DNA of 50,593 nt from an uncultured Rikenellaceae bacterium (lineage in GTDB: Bacteria; Bacteroidota; Bacteroidia; Bacteroidales; VadinHA17), in the NCBI GenBank assembly GCA_964649335.1, contig CAZYPI010000003.1, positions 1 to 50,593 of the forward strand. The letters run 5' to 3'. Under the pieces are notes generated by a model. The model was not told the origin of the DNA and did no database searches. It saw only the letters and a list, made by a program, of their open reading frames with translations. The position numbers were made by a program, and so were the translations under genes. Of this stretch, positions 48,820-50,593 are shown piece after piece (positions within the stretch are counted from its first letter, which is position 1; each line of letters starts with the position of its first letter).

Positions 48820-48879
48820 TTTAAATACATATTTAAATAAATATTTAAATACGCATTTAAATACATATTTAAATACATA
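48820..48879. repeat. Five tandem 12-bp AT-rich repeats (consensus TTTAAATACATA)
   Basis: The units are TTTAAATACATA, TTTAAATAAATA, TTTAAATACGCA, TTTAAATACATA and TTTAAATACATA, read directly from the sequence. The array starts 9 nt after the murI stop. Confidence 0.9.
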
Positions 48880-48887
48880 TATTTTCG

Positions 48888-48919
48888 TTCATCCTTCATC
48901 AACCACCCTTCACCCTTCC
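48888..48919 (-). repeat. Degenerate heptamer array (GAAGGGT/GAAGGAT on the minus strand) spanning the stop codon of the gamma-CA-like gene
   Basis: The plus strand reads TTCATCC TTCATCA ACCACCC TTCACCC TTCC. The minus strand reads GGAAGGGT GAAGGGT GGTTGAT GAAGGAT GAAC. The GAAGGATGAAC end is the same as in the tRNA-spacer array. Confidence 0.7.
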
Positions 48920-49425
48920 AGATACCATTTGGAATATTTGATATAGTTCTCTGCCGTACGCCGGATCAGGTCGTTTATTTGTTTTTCCGTGACTTTACCG
49001 ATTTTTTTGGCCGGTACGCCTGCCCAGATGCTTCCGGGTTCTACGACGGTACGTTCTTTCACCAGGGCTCCGGCGGCAATGATGGCATGTTTTCCGATAT
49101 GAACATAATCCATAATAATAGCCCCCATACCTATAAGTACTTCCTCCTCCAGGGTAGCTCCGTGGAGGATCACGCCGTGGCCCACCGAGACATTGTCTCC
49201 TATGTGTATGGTTGTTTTTTGGTAGGTAGTGTGCAGGATGCATCCGTCCTGAATATTTACACGATTGCCGATACGTATGTAATTAACATCACCCCGGAGA
49301 ATGGAGCCGAACCAGATGCTGCATTGTGATCCGATGATTACATCCCCGATCAGTAAGGCATTGTCGGCGATAAAACAGTCCCTGCCGACCTGAGGAGTTA
49401 TCCCGCGTATGGTTTTGAGATTCAT
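48910..49425 (-). CDS. Gamma carbonic anhydrase family / hexapeptide-repeat (LbH) protein
   Basis: The 171-aa protein shows left-handed beta-helix hexapeptide periodicity ('IGDVIIGSQCSIWFGSILRGD', 'IGNRVNIQDGCILH', 'IGDNVSVGHGVILHG'), as in YrdA/PaaY-like proteins. Confidence 0.85.
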   Translation of the reverse strand: MNLKTIRGITPQVGRDCFIADNALLIGDVIIGSQCSIWFGSILRGDVNYIRIGNRVNIQDGCILHTTYQKTTIHIGDNVSVGHGVILHGATLEEEVLIGMGAIIMDYVHIGKHAIIAAGALVKERTVVEPGSIWAGVPAKKIGKVTEKQINDLIRRTAENYIKYSKWYLEG

Positions 49426-49586
49426 AAATAAATCCTTTATTTTGCATGAATAATACAGAGAATCCCGGGAAAAAATATTTTTCCCACAGAAAGATATGAA
49501 AAACTATTAAAAAACATAAAAAATAACAGGATACACTCATAGAAAATCCTTACTTTTGCACCGAACAAACGAGGAAGAAGATTTAA

Positions 49587-49623
49587 AAATGCATATAAGG
49601 CCGGAGGGTTTTTATATGCATTT
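49587..49623. promoter_or_regulatory. 12-bp perfect inverted repeat upstream of korA
   Basis: AAATGCATATAA (49587-49598) and TTATATGCATTT (49612-49623) are separated by the 13-nt GC-rich spacer GGCCGGAGGGTTT. The repeat ends 32 nt before the korA ATG. Confidence 0.35.
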
Positions 49624-49654
49624 AACATATTGATACTAAATAAAATGAATATTC

Positions 49655-50593
49655 ATGACAAAGAAAGACAAGCCTATTGAGCTGGACGATGTGGTGATCC
49701 GGTTTTCGGGAGATTCCGGTGACGGCATGCAGTTGACAGGGACGTTGTTTTCCAATACGGCGGCATTGTTAGGCAATGATATTGCCACTTTCCCGGATTA
49801 TCCTGCCGAGATACGTGCCCCGCAGGGTACGGTGGGAGGGGTTTCAGGTTTTCAGGTACACTTCGGACATTCACGGGTGAAGACCCCCGGCGACCTGGCC
49901 GATGTGCTGGTGGCCATGAACCCGGCGGCCCTGAAAGCCAACGCACAGTGGCTGAAACCCGGAGCCACCATCATCCTGGATGTGGATAACTTCACTCCAA
50001 AAAATATTGAAAAGGCCGGATATAAGGAAGATCCCATCAAAGAGGAGAAGCTCGAGGATTACAATCTCATCAAGGCCCCCATCACCTCTCTTACCAAAAG
50101 AGCCCTCGAAGATATGGGACTGGATATGAAAAGTGTGTTGCGAAGCAAGAATATGTTCGCCCTGGGTATGATATACTGGGTATTCAACAGGCCTTTGAAA
50201 TTCACGGAAGATTTTTTCAAAAGCAAATTCAAAACCAAACCCCAGATCATTGAAGCCAACGAGCGGGTGCTGAAGGCCGGTTATTACTATGCCGAGACCA
50301 TCGAGGCTCTGCATCCCACCTATGTAGTGAAACCGGCGGAGATTGAAAAAGGGATTTACCGGAATATCAACGGAAATACCGCTACGGCATGGGGGTTGGT
50401 CGCTGCGGCCGAAAAGGCCGGATTGCAGCTCTTTGTCGGTTCGTATCCTATCACGCCGGCCACCGGCATTCTGGAAGAGCTGGCTTTGCGCAAGGACCTG
50501 GGCGTTATCACCATCCAGGCAGAAGATGAAATCGCCGGTATCACCACTTCCATCGGTGCCAGTTTTGCCGGGCTGCTGGCAGCTACTACCACC
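49655..50593 (+). CDS. korA: 2-oxoglutarate/2-oxoacid:ferredoxin oxidoreductase subunit alpha, N-terminal part (runs off the window)
   Basis: This gene is absent from the ORF track because no stop is reached. The frame from the ATG at 49655 reads 'MTKKDKPIELDDVVIRFSGDSGDGMQLTG...FPDYPAEIRAP.GT..GVSGFQV.F...INGNTATAWG...GSYPITPAT', which is typical of KorA-type subunits. The frame stays open for all 313 codons. Confidence 0.85.
   Translation, partial: MTKKDKPIELDDVVIRFSGDSGDGMQLTGTLFSNTAALLGNDIATFPDYPAEIRAPQGTVGGVSGFQVHFGHSRVKTPGDLADVLVAMNPAALKANAQWLKPGATIILDVDNFTPKNIEKAGYKEDPIKEEKLEDYNLIKAPITSLTKRALEDMGLDMKSVLRSKNMFALGMIYWVFNRPLKFTEDFFKSKFKTKPQIIEANERVLKAGYYYAETIEALHPTYVVKPAEIEKGIYRNINGNTATAWGLVAAAEKAGLQLFVGSYPITPATGILEELALRKDLGVITIQAEDEIAGITTSIGASFAGLLAATTT

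Noticed and set aside
48820-48879. The tandem repeats as a CRISPR array
   Set aside because: The units are only 12 bp and lie directly head-to-tail without spacers. There are no cas genes in the window.

Overview
This window reads as a Bacteroidota chromosomal segment made up almost entirely of core metabolism and envelope biogenesis. Three things support that placement. One protein carries a T9SS-type C-terminal sorting tail. The gene order pdxJ / CBS / nadK / DUF6089 x2 / uppS / bamA / skp x2 / murI is conserved in Bacteroidota. TAnnTTTG -7 boxes sit upstream of many genes.

Gene order from left to right:
- a partial PA14-domain protein
- fucI and fucK, convergent
- two tandem cytoplasmic hybrid histidine kinases
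- RNase P RNA
- a hexuronate module: eda, divergent from lacI-kduI-kduD-DUF4861
- the glpF-glpK-glpD operon
- a DUF349 protein, pyrG, yidC, sucD, a Sir2 deacylase, a low-GC DUF5009-like membrane acyltransferase, and fabG
- a lipoprotein and a frameshifted M48 (Ste24-like) peptidase
- tRNA-Gly(CCC) and tRNA-Thr(CGU)
- a yicC-gmk-nadD-unknown operon
- a MATE exporter, a T9SS cargo protein, manA, and udk
- an alpha/beta hydrolase broken by an in-frame stop
- the pdxJ-to-murI block listed above
- a gamma-carbonic-anhydrase-like protein and the 5' part of korA

I found no integrase, transposase, CRISPR array, phage module or recognisable defence system, and I cannot point to a convincing multi-gene novel system.

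The signals least explained by the gene calls are small and non-coding:
- Degenerate 7-nt-periodic tandem arrays fall into two unit families (GAAGGAT-like and GGTGCTG-like). They lie just 3' of genes or in a tRNA spacer, and the G-rich strand is always the transcribed strand.
- A 5 x 12-bp AT-rich tandem array lies next to one of these arrays.
- Two genes are disrupted, one by an A10 frameshift and one by an in-frame TAG.
- An unrecognised 253-aa protein is translationally coupled to nadD.

All product calls rest on motif and family recognition by eye. No searches were run.
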